DNA from: Lacisediminihabitans sp.
GTDB taxonomy: Bacteria; Actinomycetota; Actinomycetes; Actinomycetales; Microbacteriaceae
DNA length: 64,000 nt
NCBI GenBank assembly: GCA_046597035.1
Contig: JBKJLH010000191.1
Span: 5,790 to 69,789 of the forward strand
Direction of reading: 5' to 3'
A model generated the notes under the pieces. The model worked only from the letters and a program-made list of their open reading frames with translations. It made no database searches and was not told the DNA's origin. The first letter of the stretch is position 1, and every line of letters begins with the position of its first letter. Made by a program: the position numbers and the translations under genes. Shown here piece by piece: positions 50,080 through 60,988 of this stretch.

Positions 50080-51277
50080 CTCCGAACCCGAGGTCGGCAT
50101 CATCGTTGTCGCCGCCGGTAGCGGGTCCCGTCTCGGGCATCCCGATCCCAAAGCCTTCGTCGCGGTCGCCGGCCGTCCGATCCTCGCCCATGCGCTCGAG
50201 GGCGTGTTCGGCAGTACCGAACCGGCCCAGGTCGTGGTGGTGGCCCCCGCGGACTGGATCGACGAAGCACGGGTCCTTGCTGTCGAGGTCGCCGGAGCCG
50301 CGCATGAATCGGTGACGGTCGTCATCGGATCCGACTCGCGGCAGGGTTCCGTTGCAGCGGGCCTCGCCGCCCTTGCGCCAGGTATCCGCATCGCGCTCGT
50401 GCACGACGCGGCGCGATCGTTCACCCCGTCAGCCCAGTTCGACGCGGTGATCGCGGCCGTTCGGCAGACCGGAGCAGGCGTCATCCCTGGTCTCGCGGTC
50501 GCCGACACGATCAAACGGGTGGAGGGCGGGCTTGCGATCGCAACCGTCGACCGATCGCAGCTTGTGGCGGTGCAGACCCCGCAGGGCTTCCCCCGCACGC
50601 TGCTCGCCGCCGCCTACGCGGACGCGAGTGCAGACCACACCGATGACGCGGCCCTCTTCTCCGCCGCCGGGCACGACGTGCGCGTGATCGGCGGCGACGC
50701 GCTCGCGTTCAAGATCACGACGCCGTGGGATCTGCGCCGCGCGGAATCCCTGTTGGCGGGGAATGAGAACGCGGTGAAAGAGTCGGCAACCGAGATCCGC
50801 ACCGGTCTCGGTATCGACGTCCACGCCTTCGATGCCGACAGTCCGCTCTGGCTTGGCGGTGTCTTCTGGCCGGGCGAAGTCGGGCTGGCCGGCCACAGCG
50901 ACGGGGATGCCGTGAGTCACGCTATCTGCGATGCCCTGCTCTCCGCGTGCGGCCTCGGCGACCTCGGATCGAACTTCGGCACGGCAGACCCCCGGTTCGT
51001 GGATGCCCATGGAGAGGTCTTCCTCCGAGCGACGGTCGCGCTCGTGGTGACCGCCGGGTTCGCGATCACCAACGTGTCTGTGCAGGTCGTGGCGAACCAT
51101 CCGAAGATCGGCACCCGCCGGGAGGAGATCGAGGAGCGACTCGGCGCACTCGTCGGCGGGCCGGTGAGCGTGGCGGCGACGACCTCCGACGGGCTCGGAT
51201 TCACGGGACGCGGCGAAGGTATCAGCGCGATCGCAACCTGCCTGCTCGAGCGCATTCGGTCGGGGAGCACTCGATAG
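50060..51277 (+). CDS. ispDF: Bifunctional IspD/IspF (start uncertain)
   Basis: AAGSGSRLG, VHDAAR, QTPQGF; GIDVH, GHSDGDAVSHAICDALL. Confidence 0.93.
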   Translation: MRFLRPDSEPEVGIIVVAAGSGSRLGHPDPKAFVAVAGRPILAHALEGVFGSTEPAQVVVVAPADWIDEARVLAVEVAGAAHESVTVVIGSDSRQGSVAAGLAALAPGIRIALVHDAARSFTPSAQFDAVIAAVRQTGAGVIPGLAVADTIKRVEGGLAIATVDRSQLVAVQTPQGFPRTLLAAAYADASADHTDDAALFSAAGHDVRVIGGDALAFKITTPWDLRRAESLLAGNENAVKESATEIRTGLGIDVHAFDADSPLWLGGVFWPGEVGLAGHSDGDAVSHAICDALLSACGLGDLGSNFGTADPRFVDAHGEVFLRATVALVVTAGFAITNVSVQVVANHPKIGTRREEIEERLGALVGGPVSVAATTSDGLGFTGRGEGISAIATCLLERIRSGSTR

Positions 51278-51287
51278 GCTGGTCAGC

Positions 51288-52721
51288 GTGACTGTGCGCC
51301 TCTATGATTCCCGCTCGCAGGGGCTTCTCGACCTCGTGCCGATCGTCGAAGGCAAGGTCGGCATCTATGTCTGCGGCCCAACAGTGCAGTCTTCGCCCCA
51401 CATCGGTCACCTGCGTTCCGCGCTGGTCTACGACCAGTGGCGACGCTGGCTCTGCTACCGGGGTTACGACGTCACGCTCGTTCGCAATATCACTGACATC
51501 GACGACAAGATCCTCGCAAGCTCAGCCAGCGGCACCTCCGGTGAGCAATGGTGGGCTCTCGCCTACCGCTTCGAGCTCGAGTTCAGCCGCGGCTACGAGA
51601 GCCTCGGTATCCTCGCTCCCACCTACGAACCGCGCGCGACCGCGAGCATCCCGCAGATGCAGCGGCTGATCACCGAGCTGATCGATCGCGGGCATGCCTA
51701 CGCCGCTGATGACTCCTCGGGTGACGTCTACTTCGATGTGGCCTCCTGGCCGGCGTACGGCGAGCTGACCAACCAGAAGCCGGGAGACATGGCTGTGTCG
51801 GCGGAGGCGCCGTCTTCGGATTCGGACCGGGGCAAGCGCGATGCCCGCGACTTCGCCCTGTGGAAGGGGCACAAGCCCGACGAGCCGAGCTCGGCCGCTT
51901 ACCCCTCGCCCTGGGGTGACGGCAGGCCCGGATGGCACATCGAATGCTCCGCGATGTCGCAGCAGTATCTCGGAACGCGATTCGACATCCACGGCGGCGG
52001 TCTCGACCTGCGGTTTCCCCATCATGAAAATGAGCTGGCGCAGTCATCCGCCGCCGGCCACGGGTTCGCGGGCGCGTGGGTGCACAACGGACTGGTGAAT
52101 GTGAACGGACAGAAGATGTCCAAGTCGCTCGGCAACTCGATCTTCGCCGCGGAGTTCCTCGATCAGGCCCGCCCCCTGGTGGTGCGGTACTACCTCGGTT
52201 CGGCGCACTACCGCTCAACGATCGATTATCACGATGGTGCCCTTCTCGAAGCGGAAGCGGCGCTCGATCGTATCGAGGTCTTCCTCGATCGCGCGGCCCG
52301 GCGACTCGAGGGAACCCAGTTCGAGGGCACCGGGGCCGAAACCATCCCCGAAGAATTCTCGGAGGCTATGGATGACGACCTGGCCATTCCACAGGCCATG
52401 GCGGTGCTGCATGAGCAGGTGCGCGCCGGAAACGCGGCCCTCGATGCGGAGGACCTCGGAAGTGCCGCAACCCTGCAGGGCCAGGTGCTGGCGATGACCG
52501 AAGTTCTCGGAATCAACCCGATGGCCGTAGAGTGGCAGACTGCTGCGGATGATCCGGCGAGTGTAGCGCTCGCAATTCTCGTCGAGAAATTGCTCGAGGA
52601 CAGGGACGCGGCACGTAAGGCGCGCGATTTCGTGTCCGCCGATCGCGTTCGCGACGAGCTTGCCGCAGCCGGCATCCAGATCGAAGACACCCCCTCGGGG
52701 TCGCATTGGAGTCTTGACTAA
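51288..52721 (+). CDS. cysS: Cysteinyl-tRNA synthetase
   Basis: [26 protein letters not shown]. Confidence 0.97.
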   Translation: MTVRLYDSRSQGLLDLVPIVEGKVGIYVCGPTVQSSPHIGHLRSALVYDQWRRWLCYRGYDVTLVRNITDIDDKILASSASGTSGEQWWALAYRFELEFSRGYESLGILAPTYEPRATASIPQMQRLITELIDRGHAYAADDSSGDVYFDVASWPAYGELTNQKPGDMAVSAEAPSSDSDRGKRDARDFALWKGHKPDEPSSAAYPSPWGDGRPGWHIECSAMSQQYLGTRFDIHGGGLDLRFPHHENELAQSSAAGHGFAGAWVHNGLVNVNGQKMSKSLGNSIFAAEFLDQARPLVVRYYLGSAHYRSTIDYHDGALLEAEAALDRIEVFLDRAARRLEGTQFEGTGAETIPEEFSEAMDDDLAIPQAMAVLHEQVRAGNAALDAEDLGSAATLQGQVLAMTEVLGINPMAVEWQTAADDPASVALAILVEKLLEDRDAARKARDFVSADRVRDELAAAGIQIEDTPSGSHWSLD

Positions 52722-53743
52722 TGAAGAGCAGTGGAGCCAACAAGCCGCGTGCGGGTGCCGTGCGAAAGAGCAGCACCGGCAAACAGGTCGGCTCCGGAGG
52801 CCAGGGACGCCAGGCACTCGAAGGCAAGAAACCCACTCCGAAGGCTGTCGACCGTCCCTACCATCCTGCGGGCAAGCGCAAGGCGGCCAATGACCGCTTC
52901 GCTGCCGCCGGCGGCACCAAGAAGCCGTCGAGCACCGGTGCTCCGCAACGAGCTGCGGGACTCCAGCGCGCACAGCGGCCGAAGCAGACGGATGAGTTCG
53001 AGGTCGTCACCGGCCGCAACTCCGTGCTCGAGGCCCTGCGCGCGAAAATCCCGGTGACCGCTCTATACATCGCGACCCGTATCGAATACGACGACCGCGT
53101 GAAAGAGGTCATGCAGATCGCGACCAAGCGCGGTCTGCCGATTCTCGAGGTCATGCGTCCGGAGCTCGACCGCCTCGCCGGCTTCGATTCGGTGCACCAG
53201 GGGCTCGCGCTCAAGGTCCCGCCGTACGAGTACGCCCATCCCACCGACCTGCTCGACAAGATCGTAGCCAGCGGTCGCGTGCCACTGTTAGTCGCGCTCG
53301 ACGGCGTGACTGATCCTCGTAACCTCGGGGCGATCATCCGCTCGGTCGCCGCCTTCGGTGGTCACGGTGTTATCGTGCCGCAGCGTCGGTCGGTCGGTCT
53401 CACCGCCGCCGCCTGGAAGACCTCGGCGGGCGCCGCCGCCCGGACGCCCGTTGCCATGGCCTCTAACCTCACGCAGACGCTGAAGGCGTTCAAGGAGCGC
53501 GGCGTCTTCGTACTCGGTCTCGCCGGCGACGGGGACACTTCGCTGCCCGAGCTGTCCTGGTCTAAGGAACCGCTCGTCCTAGTCGTCGGCAGCGAGGGCA
53601 AGGGACTGTCGCGACTCGTCACCGAGACCTGCGATGCCGTCGTCTCGATCCCGATCAGCTCGGCGACCGAATCGCTCAATGCTGGGATCGCTGCGAGTGT
53701 GACCCTCTACGAGATTTCGAAGCAGCGCGCAAAGAAGAAGTAG
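52721..53743 (+). CDS. rlmB: 23S rRNA 2'-O-methyltransferase RlmB (TrmH family)
   Basis: [25 protein letters not shown]. Confidence 0.93.
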   Translation: MKSSGANKPRAGAVRKSSTGKQVGSGGQGRQALEGKKPTPKAVDRPYHPAGKRKAANDRFAAAGGTKKPSSTGAPQRAAGLQRAQRPKQTDEFEVVTGRNSVLEALRAKIPVTALYIATRIEYDDRVKEVMQIATKRGLPILEVMRPELDRLAGFDSVHQGLALKVPPYEYAHPTDLLDKIVASGRVPLLVALDGVTDPRNLGAIIRSVAAFGGHGVIVPQRRSVGLTAAAWKTSAGAAARTPVAMASNLTQTLKAFKERGVFVLGLAGDGDTSLPELSWSKEPLVLVVGSEGKGLSRLVTETCDAVVSIPISSATESLNAGIAASVTLYEISKQRAKKK

Positions 53744-53777
53744 GCCGCGGGGTGTGCCCTCCCTCTCGTGCGTATTT

Positions 53778-53875
53778 CATTATTCAGGAAGGTCTGTTGC
53801 TGCTGGGGCTGGAGTGGCAGGTGGGGTGACATCCTGCCTCGGGGGCCCCATCCGTCGCAACAGTTCCTGAATAAT
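53778..53875. repeat. Intergenic inverted repeat between convergent genes (REP-like / bidirectional terminator)
   Basis: 13-bp perfect arms CATTATTCAGGAA/TTCCTGAATAATG plus inner CTGTTGC/GCAACAG. Confidence 0.7.
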
Positions 53876-53923
53876 GGATGACTGTGGGCGGGCGTTCCAC
53901 CTCGGTGAATGACGTTCTGCCGC

Positions 53924-55201
53924 TCAGACCTTCGAGCGCCAGTCGTCTTCGGCGATGACGTCGACCGGAAGGGTGATCGTGCCGGTGGCCGGTGCGATCA
54001 CGGTGGCCTCGTCGCGGCGATGGCGCAGCACGGTGTCGATGTACGAACTGACGGCCTCGGCGAGGGGGACGTCCCGGTTCTCGTTCTGCGACAGATACCA
54101 CCGGTGGTCGAGCAGCTGGTGGAACATCTCCGCGGGTTCCAGTCGTCCCTTGAGGTCACGCGGGATGGCGCGGATCACCGGTTCGAACACCTTGGCGAGC
54201 CACTCGTGGGCCACCATCTCCTCGTCGTCCCCCTGTTTGTCGAAGGTGGCGGTGTAGGAGTCGAGGTCGTTGAGCAGACGCCGCGCCTGGTTCTCCTGAG
54301 CGTCGAGTCCGGTCAGGCGCAACAGGCGACGTTGGTGGTGCCCAGCGTCCACGACCTTCGGCTGGATGCGAACCCGCGAGCCAGCGTCATCCGTTTTGAT
54401 CGCCAGCTCTTCGATATCGAAACCGAGCTCATTGAGCCGCTCAACGCGCTCGTTGATACGCCAGCGCTCGGAGGAGGAGAAGGATTCGGATCCGGTGAGC
54501 TCTTTCCAGAGGGTGCGATAGGCCGCGACGATACCGTTCGACACCTCGACCGGGTCGAGCCCCTCCTCGAGTCGCCCGCCGGCGGCGAGGTCGAGAAGCT
54601 CTCCGGCGATATTGACACGAGCGATCTCGAGGTCGTTCTCCCGCTGGCCGTTCGAGAGGCCGTTATAGAGCTGGCCGGTCTCGGCATCCACGAGGTAGGC
54701 CGCGAATGAACCCGCGTCGCGGCGGAAGAGAGTGTTGGAGAGCGACACATCACCCCAGAAGAAACCGATGATGTGCAGCCGCACCAGCAGCACGGCGAGC
54801 GCGTCGACGGTGCGGGTGGCGGTCTCGGGTCGAAGGGTTTGCGAGTACAGCGCCCGATAGGGCAGCGAGAATTTGAGGTGGCGGGTGACGAGCACGGAGT
54901 CGAGTTCGTTGCCCTCGTCATCCGACCGATTGGTGATCACCGCGAGCGGGTCGACGCAGGGCACATCGAGCTTCTGCAGGGTGCGGAGCATCTCGTACTC
55001 GCGACGGGCGAGCTCCGATGAGGTCTCTTTAATCGCGATCACGTAGCCGCTGAGGTGCACGAACCGCACGAGGTGGCGCGAGATACCCTTCGGCAGGGCG
55101 GCGATGACGCTGTCTGGCCACGTGTCCAACGGAAGGTTCCACGGAAGGTCGAGGAGTGCGGGATCGACGGTCGCCGAGGTGATGTTGAGGGATCCGCTCA
55201 T
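53924..55201 (-). CDS. DUF4032 / Kdo-WaaP kinase-like protein
   Basis: GISRHLVRF, FFWGDVSLSNTLFRRDAG, DHRWYLS. Confidence 0.85.
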   Translation of the reverse strand: MSGSLNITSATVDPALLDLPWNLPLDTWPDSVIAALPKGISRHLVRFVHLSGYVIAIKETSSELARREYEMLRTLQKLDVPCVDPLAVITNRSDDEGNELDSVLVTRHLKFSLPYRALYSQTLRPETATRTVDALAVLLVRLHIIGFFWGDVSLSNTLFRRDAGSFAAYLVDAETGQLYNGLSNGQRENDLEIARVNIAGELLDLAAGGRLEEGLDPVEVSNGIVAAYRTLWKELTGSESFSSSERWRINERVERLNELGFDIEELAIKTDDAGSRVRIQPKVVDAGHHQRRLLRLTGLDAQENQARRLLNDLDSYTATFDKQGDDEEMVAHEWLAKVFEPVIRAIPRDLKGRLEPAEMFHQLLDHRWYLSQNENRDVPLAEAVSSYIDTVLRHRRDEATVIAPATGTITLPVDVIAEDDWRSKV

Positions 55202-55230
55202 CTGTCCTGCCTAACGGTGTGGTGACGCTG

Positions 55231-55270
55231 ACAAAGAAGTGCGGGCGACGATCGAGATCGTCGCCCGCAC
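55231..55270 (-). terminator. Intrinsic terminator after msiK
   Basis: Perfect 14-bp stem GTGCGGGCGACGAT/ATCGTCGCCCGCAC followed by TTCTTTGT on the minus strand. Confidence 0.75.
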
Positions 55271-55287
55271 CGAGAGAGTTCCGACGC

Positions 55288-56382
55288 TCAGTCGACCACG
55301 GCCTTGCTGAGACGGTGGCCCGACTCGATGTCGAAGGCGTGCACGTGGGCCGGCTCCGGGAGGATGAACACCGTCTCGCCGGAGTTCGGGTGCGAGCGAC
55401 CATCGACACGAGCGACGAGATCGACGCGCGCGCCGTCGATTTCGGTGTGCCCGTACAGGTACCCGTCCGCTCCGAGCTCTTCGACGAGGTCGACATGCAC
55501 CTCGAGACCTTCGCCGGTCGAGGAGACGCGCACGTCCTCCGGCCGGACACCGATGGTGACCTTGGTGTTGTCGGTCTTGCCCATGGAGGCACGGTCGAGA
55601 GCGGCCACTGCGGTTCCGAATTTGAGGCCACCGTCGACGAGGTCCGCGGTGAAGAGGTTCATCGCGGGCGAGCCGATGAAGCCGGCCACGAAGACGTTCT
55701 TGGGGTTTGCGTAGAGGTCGCGGGGCGTTCCGACCTGCTGCAGCACACCATCCTTCAGTACCGCGATGCGGTCACCCATGGTGAGCGCCTCGGTCTGGTC
55801 GTGTGTGACGTAGACGGTGGTGACGCCGAGACGACGCTGGAGGGAGGCGATCTGGGTACGGGTCTGCACACGGAGCTTGGCATCGAGGTTCGACAGCGGC
55901 TCATCCATGAGAAATACCTGGGGCTGGCGCACGATTGCCCGGCCCATGGCGACGCGCTGGCGCTGGCCACCGGAGAGTGCCTTCGGCTTACGCCCGAGGT
56001 ACGGCTCGAGGTCGAGCAGCTTGGCGGCTTCGAGTACGCGGGTCGCGCGCTCGTCCTTGTTGATACCGGCGATCTTCAGCGCAAAGCCCATGTTCTCGGC
56101 GACGGTCATGTGGGGGTACAACGCGTAGTTCTGGAACACCATCGCGATGTCGCGGTCTTTCGGCGGCACATCGGTGACGTTGCGGTCACCGATGAGGATA
56201 TTGCCCTCGTTGACCTCTTCCAGGCCCGCGAGCATGCGAAGCGAGGTGGACTTTCCGCAGCCGGAGGGGCCGACGAGAACGAGGAACTCACCATCCGCCA
56301 CATGGAGATCGAGCGCGTCCACCGCGGGCTTGGTCGAGCCGGGGTAGAGACGGGTTGCTTTGTCGAAAGTGACAGATGCCAT
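55288..56382 (-). CDS. msiK: Multiple-sugar ABC transporter ATPase MsiK
   Basis: [46 protein letters not shown]. Confidence 0.92.
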   Translation of the reverse strand: MASVTFDKATRLYPGSTKPAVDALDLHVADGEFLVLVGPSGCGKSTSLRMLAGLEEVNEGNILIGDRNVTDVPPKDRDIAMVFQNYALYPHMTVAENMGFALKIAGINKDERATRVLEAAKLLDLEPYLGRKPKALSGGQRQRVAMGRAIVRQPQVFLMDEPLSNLDAKLRVQTRTQIASLQRRLGVTTVYVTHDQTEALTMGDRIAVLKDGVLQQVGTPRDLYANPKNVFVAGFIGSPAMNLFTADLVDGGLKFGTAVAALDRASMGKTDNTKVTIGVRPEDVRVSSTGEGLEVHVDLVEELGADGYLYGHTEIDGARVDLVARVDGRSHPNSGETVFILPEPAHVHAFDIESGHRLSKAVVD

Positions 56383-56392
56383 GGTTGTACAG

Positions 56393-56437
56393 CTCCTTCA
56401 CCGGCAGGTACGTGCCGGACGATCCGTAGTGAATGGA
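56393..56437 (-). ncRNA. msiK RNA motif (cis-regulatory leader)
   Basis: TCCATTCACTACGGATCGTCCGGCACGTACCTGCCGGTGAAGGAG directly upstream of msiK, matching the actinobacterial msiK motif as recalled. Confidence 0.75.
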
Positions 56438-56622
56438 TGGTAACGCTCCCTCATTATGTCACCGGAACGGGGCACGCCGGGAGGGTCGTCCGTCTGGATA
56501 CGCTGGACAGCAGGGCATTCTGGCTTTTTCCCAGACAGCATGTTTAGTGTTCATAAGGCTCCGCTCACGGCAAACTGCAGCGGCTGATAGCCACGGCATT
56601 GATGGATAGTGAGTGAGGTTCG

Positions 56623-57552
56623 ATGACCTACGAGAGTTCGAGTGACACGGGTCTGAGCAAAAACGAGAGGCGGGAAGCCGCGCGTGACAAGTCCCGCGCG
56701 CTCCGCGAGCAGCAGAAGAAGAAGGATCGGCGCAGCCGCGTGATCCTGCAGGGGAGTCTTGCCGTCCTGGTTGTCGCCATCGTCGCTGTGATCGGTCTCG
56801 TAATCATGAACAGCGTGCGTCCTCCTTCCCCCGGCCCGGCGAACATGCTCAGTGACGGCATCAAAATCGGCCAGGGCTTCAAGGCAGTGCCGACTCCCGC
56901 GCTCCAGCCAGACGCCACTCCGGTGCCGTCGAAGACAAACGCGCCGAACGTAATCGCCCTCCGGCTGTATGTGGACTATCAGTGCCCCCGGTGTCGAGAG
57001 TTCGAAGCGACTAACGCCTCGCAAATCAAGAAGTGGATCTCCATCGGGGCGGCCACGCTCGAGATCCATCCCGTCTCCATCCTCGACCAGGCATCGCTCG
57101 GCAACAAGTACTCCACGAGGTCTGCCAATGCGGCAGCCTGTGTGGCCAACTACTCGCCGGACCAGTTCTTCGACTTCAGCGCGCTGCTCTTCGAGAACCA
57201 GCCGAAGGAGAACAGCGATGGACTGAAGGATGAGAAGATCATCTCCCTCGCCAGGCAGGCGAAGGTGACCGGGGCAGGTTCGATCGCGTCCTGCATCGAG
57301 GACCAGAAGTTCAAGTCCTGGACTAACGCTGCGACAGCACGCGCGACGACCGACCCCCTCGCCGGTACCGACGTGAAGAAACTGGCCAGCACCCCGACGA
57401 TCATCATCAACGGCAAGAAGTACGACGGCGCGATCAACAACGCCGCGGACTTCGCCAGCGCAGTGTCGAAGGCCGCGGGAGACAGCTTCAGCGATAACTC
57501 GACGAGTTCGCCAAGTCCGAGTCCCTCGCCGTCGACCGGCGCCGGCGACTAA
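56623..57552 (+). CDS. DsbA/thioredoxin-fold membrane-anchored protein
   Basis: N-terminal TM, DYQCPRC (CxxC), STPT. Confidence 0.88.
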   Translation: MTYESSSDTGLSKNERREAARDKSRALREQQKKKDRRSRVILQGSLAVLVVAIVAVIGLVIMNSVRPPSPGPANMLSDGIKIGQGFKAVPTPALQPDATPVPSKTNAPNVIALRLYVDYQCPRCREFEATNASQIKKWISIGAATLEIHPVSILDQASLGNKYSTRSANAAACVANYSPDQFFDFSALLFENQPKENSDGLKDEKIISLARQAKVTGAGSIASCIEDQKFKSWTNAATARATTDPLAGTDVKKLASTPTIIINGKKYDGAINNAADFASAVSKAAGDSFSDNSTSSPSPSPSPSTGAGD

Positions 57553-57659
57553 GTCGGGGGCGTTTCGGCCACGCGGGTGTTCCCGCGGGACAGGACTGTG
57601 CCGGCTCGCTCCGGCCCAAACCCGTCGCCGCGGAACAGTCACGACGCTGGTTGGCCGGG

Positions 57660-59354
57660 CTAGTCGGCCAGTGCTGCCGCCCGCACTGGAGCAGTGGCGA
57701 TGATTTTGCCCGGGTTGAAGGTGTTCGTCGGGTCGGCGGACTCGAACAGTCCCTGCATCACCGCGACCCCACTGGTCGAAATGTCCTGTTCGAGCCACGG
57801 AGCGTGCTCCAGCCCGACGCCGTGGTGGTGGGATACCGTTCCGCCGGAATCGATGAAAGCCTGCTGGATGGCGCTCTTGACCACGTCGTACTGGTCGAGC
57901 GAGTCGCCGCTCGGCAGGTAGGCGAAGGTGAAGTACAGGCAGGCACCCGAGTGATACGAGTGTGACAGATGGGCCATGATCCAGCCCTTCACCCCGATCT
58001 CGTCGAAGGCTTTGTTCGCCGCGACCATCACGTTGTCGTAGAGCCCGGAGAGCTTCGACCAGGGTGCCGAGGTCTCCGAGACATCCGCTGATCCGCCGAG
58101 ATCGAGCAGAAAGTCGCGGATGTACGGAGTGTCGAACTTCTTCTGGTCGTAGAGGGCACCGGGCCCCTTGCCCACCCCGATGCCGCCGTGCCGTTTGACG
58201 ATACGTCCGACCAGCTTCTCGTTGCGGGCGACGTGCTCGACGCTGCCCTCGTAGCCGATGAATGACAGGCACATCCTGTCGGTGTCCCAGCCCTTCGCCT
58301 TGAGGAAGACACCGAGTCCCTTGGTCACGAGGCTGGAGATGCCCGTGCTCTTTTTGCTGGTCGCGAATGAGAACACCGTTTCGCGTCCGTCGGAAACACG
58401 GGTGACCGAGGGGGTCGCATCGCTCTCCGAGATCTCCTTCATCGCCGCGAGGCCATCGGACCAGGTGGGGTAGAGGTACGCCTGGATCTCTCGCTTAGCC
58501 GGGATGCGGTGCACCTGCACCGTCACCTCGGTGATCACACCGAGCCGACCCTCGCTGCCGAGGATCATCTCGCGAACGCTCGGACCGGTGGAGGCGCTCG
58601 GCACGGCACGGATCACCAGCACGGTTCCCGGGCGCACGACACGAAGCCCCTTGGCGATGTCTGCGATATCGCCATATTTGTCGGACTGCATGCCCGACGA
58701 GCGAGTGGCAACCCATCCTCCGACCGTGGAGTGCGTGAAGCTGTCGGGGAAGTGGCCGATCGTCCAGCCGCGCTTCTCGAGCTGGGCTTCGAGGTCGGGG
58801 CCCTGGGCTCCGGCCTCGATGCGGGCGAGGCCGGAACTTTCGTCGATGTCGATCACTCGGTTGAGGCGACCGAGATCGAGCGAGATCACGGTGCGGGTCT
58901 CTTCGGCGAGCGGCTCGAGGCTGCCCACGATATTGCTTCCGCCGCCGAACGGGATGATCACGGCATCGGCCGCGACCGCGGCATCCACCACCTGCTGAAC
59001 CTCGAACTCGTCGGCCGGATAGATGACCACGTCCGGGGTGCGGGCAAGGGATCCGGCACGAACGCGGATCAGGTCACGGATGCTTTTGCCGAAGGTGTGC
59101 ACAACGCGGCTGTGGTTATCCGTAGTCACGTGCTCGTCGCCAGCGATGGCAGTGAGCCGAGCAACGAAGTCCGCGCTCGCTCGGCTGGCTGGCACGTCGA
59201 GATCGTCGAACGAGGGAGGAGCCTCTGTTGGTGCTCCCGGCTCGACCCCTAGGGCGAAGGTGAGGAAGGGCGCGAACCCGGGCTTGTCGTCGTGATGAAA
59301 TGCGACGCCATCCCGTCCCCAGCCCCACCACTTCATGTGCTGAACATCGGTCAC
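57660..59354 (-). CDS. FAD-linked alkyl-dihydroxyacetonephosphate synthase (AGPS-like)
   Basis: MKWWGWG, PFGGGSN, GHFPDS..HSTVGGWVATRSSG, GSEGRLGVIT, SGACLYFTF, SHHHGVG. Confidence 0.85.
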   Translation of the reverse strand: MTDVQHMKWWGWGRDGVAFHHDDKPGFAPFLTFALGVEPGAPTEAPPSFDDLDVPASRASADFVARLTAIAGDEHVTTDNHSRVVHTFGKSIRDLIRVRAGSLARTPDVVIYPADEFEVQQVVDAAVAADAVIIPFGGGSNIVGSLEPLAEETRTVISLDLGRLNRVIDIDESSGLARIEAGAQGPDLEAQLEKRGWTIGHFPDSFTHSTVGGWVATRSSGMQSDKYGDIADIAKGLRVVRPGTVLVIRAVPSASTGPSVREMILGSEGRLGVITEVTVQVHRIPAKREIQAYLYPTWSDGLAAMKEISESDATPSVTRVSDGRETVFSFATSKKSTGISSLVTKGLGVFLKAKGWDTDRMCLSFIGYEGSVEHVARNEKLVGRIVKRHGGIGVGKGPGALYDQKKFDTPYIRDFLLDLGGSADVSETSAPWSKLSGLYDNVMVAANKAFDEIGVKGWIMAHLSHSYHSGACLYFTFAYLPSGDSLDQYDVVKSAIQQAFIDSGGTVSHHHGVGLEHAPWLEQDISTSGVAVMQGLFESADPTNTFNPGKIIATAPVRAAALAD

Positions 59355-59385
59355 TTCTGAACTCCTTTTGATTCGGGTACCGCGG

Positions 59386-60138
59386 TCATTTCTGCCGGGG
59401 CCGTAGGTGACGGCCGAGGATATCGGCCGAATGCAGGTCTCGCAGGCGCACGATCTCCAGGCGGGTGCGCTCGGCGAATTCTCCCTTGGACTCACCTTCC
59501 GCGACTCGCAGCGGGTCTCCGAAGACTACGCCGACGGGTAACCGGCCGGGTCTCGGCCAGTTGGTGCCACGGGGATGCGCGATGTGCGCTCCAATGAGGG
59601 CCACCGGGATGCAGGGGACGTCGCAGGCGGCGGCCAGGGCGGCGGCACCCGGCTTGAACCGACCAAGCTCGCCGTCTTTGGACCTGGTACCCTCCGGGAA
59701 AATCAGTACCGGGATGCCCCGCATCAGCAGGGAGCGCGCGCTGGTCGAGGAGGTCTCCGTGCCGGTTCGACGCACCGGGAAGGCGTTGAAGAACAAAGCG
59801 GTCAGACCGCGGCGCCACCACACGTTGAAAAAGTAGTCCGCCGCGGCTCCCGCGGCGAGGTACCGGGCAAGCGGGCGGGGGAGCGACCCGACGATCAGCG
59901 GCGTGTCGAGGTGGCTGGAATGGTTGGCAACGACCACGAAGCCGCCTTTGACGTCCTTGAGCTTGTCGCTTCGAACCACGGTGACCCGGGTGAGCGACCA
60001 GATGAGAGGCTTCAGCAGCGCACGCTGCGCGAGAAAGCGGGCAACGGCCTGATAGGGCGAATTGAAACGGTCGTGAAGTCGCTTGGCAGCGGAACGCGGC
60101 CCCGCGGGGCGAGGCCGCGGAGGCATCCGCACCGTCAC
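59386..60138 (-). CDS. PlsC-family lysophospholipid/DHAP acyltransferase
   Basis: NHSSHLD (Hx4D), IFPEGTRS; GTGA overlap with the SDR stop. Confidence 0.88.
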   Translation of the reverse strand: MTVRMPPRPRPAGPRSAAKRLHDRFNSPYQAVARFLAQRALLKPLIWSLTRVTVVRSDKLKDVKGGFVVVANHSSHLDTPLIVGSLPRPLARYLAAGAAADYFFNVWWRRGLTALFFNAFPVRRTGTETSSTSARSLLMRGIPVLIFPEGTRSKDGELGRFKPGAAALAAACDVPCIPVALIGAHIAHPRGTNWPRPGRLPVGVVFGDPLRVAEGESKGEFAERTRLEIVRLRDLHSADILGRHLRPRQK

Positions 60139-60914
60139 CGCACCACGGGCTTCCGCCGCGACGACGAAATCGCGCCGGAGAATGAACGGATGGCACTCTT
60201 GGGGGCAAGGCCGGCCAACCCGATGAGAGCTCGGTAGCGAAGAGTAGGTATGGAAATCACTTTGCCTCGATCGACGTCGCGCAATGCTGCGCTCACGAGT
60301 TGTTCGGCGTCGAGCCACATAAAGTTTGGGATACTTCCCGAACGGATGCCGGCTCGCTCATGAAACTCTGTCCGCACCCAACCCGGGCAGAGTGCCGTGA
60401 CGCTGACGCCGGTGCCCCGCAGCTCCACCGCGAGCCCCTCGGTGAAGGACGTGACCCAGGCCTTGATCGACGAATAGGCGCCCATGGTGAGGAATCCGGC
60501 CGTACTCGAGACATTGACGATCTTGCCGGACCCTCGCGCAACCATCCCACGTGCCGCGGCTCCGCTCAGCACGTACACCGCGCGGCCCATCACCTCGAAT
60601 CCACGATCGAATTCCGAGACATCCGGATCGAGTGGCGACACATGCATTCCGAAACCGGCATTGTTCACCAGAAGGTCGATCGGGCGAGCGGAATCGCTCA
60701 GTCGATCGGCCACTCGTGTCACCGCGTGGCGGTCCGCGAGATCGGCCGGCAGCAACTCAACGGTGCGGCCAAGGGCTCTCAGCTCGATCGCCATCTCCTC
60801 GAGCCGCTCGGTCGACCGAGCGACGAGCACGAGATCGAATCCTCGCAGAGCGAGGAGACGAGAGAACGCGGCACCGATGCCAGACGTCCCGCCGGTGACG
60901 AGAGCTACAGCCAT
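60135..60914 (-). CDS. SDR family oxidoreductase
   Basis: TGGTSGIG, NNAG, YSSIK (YxxxK). Confidence 0.9.
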   Translation of the reverse strand: MAVALVTGGTSGIGAAFSRLLALRGFDLVLVARSTERLEEMAIELRALGRTVELLPADLADRHAVTRVADRLSDSARPIDLLVNNAGFGMHVSPLDPDVSEFDRGFEVMGRAVYVLSGAAARGMVARGSGKIVNVSSTAGFLTMGAYSSIKAWVTSFTEGLAVELRGTGVSVTALCPGWVRTEFHERAGIRSGSIPNFMWLDAEQLVSAALRDVDRGKVISIPTLRYRALIGLAGLAPKSAIRSFSGAISSSRRKPVVR

Positions 60915-60988
60915 GCCGTTAGGTTACGCTGCTCAGGGGGCAGGAGTTGCCTAAACGGGGGCTCCGATGGCAGCAAAGGCTTGAAATC

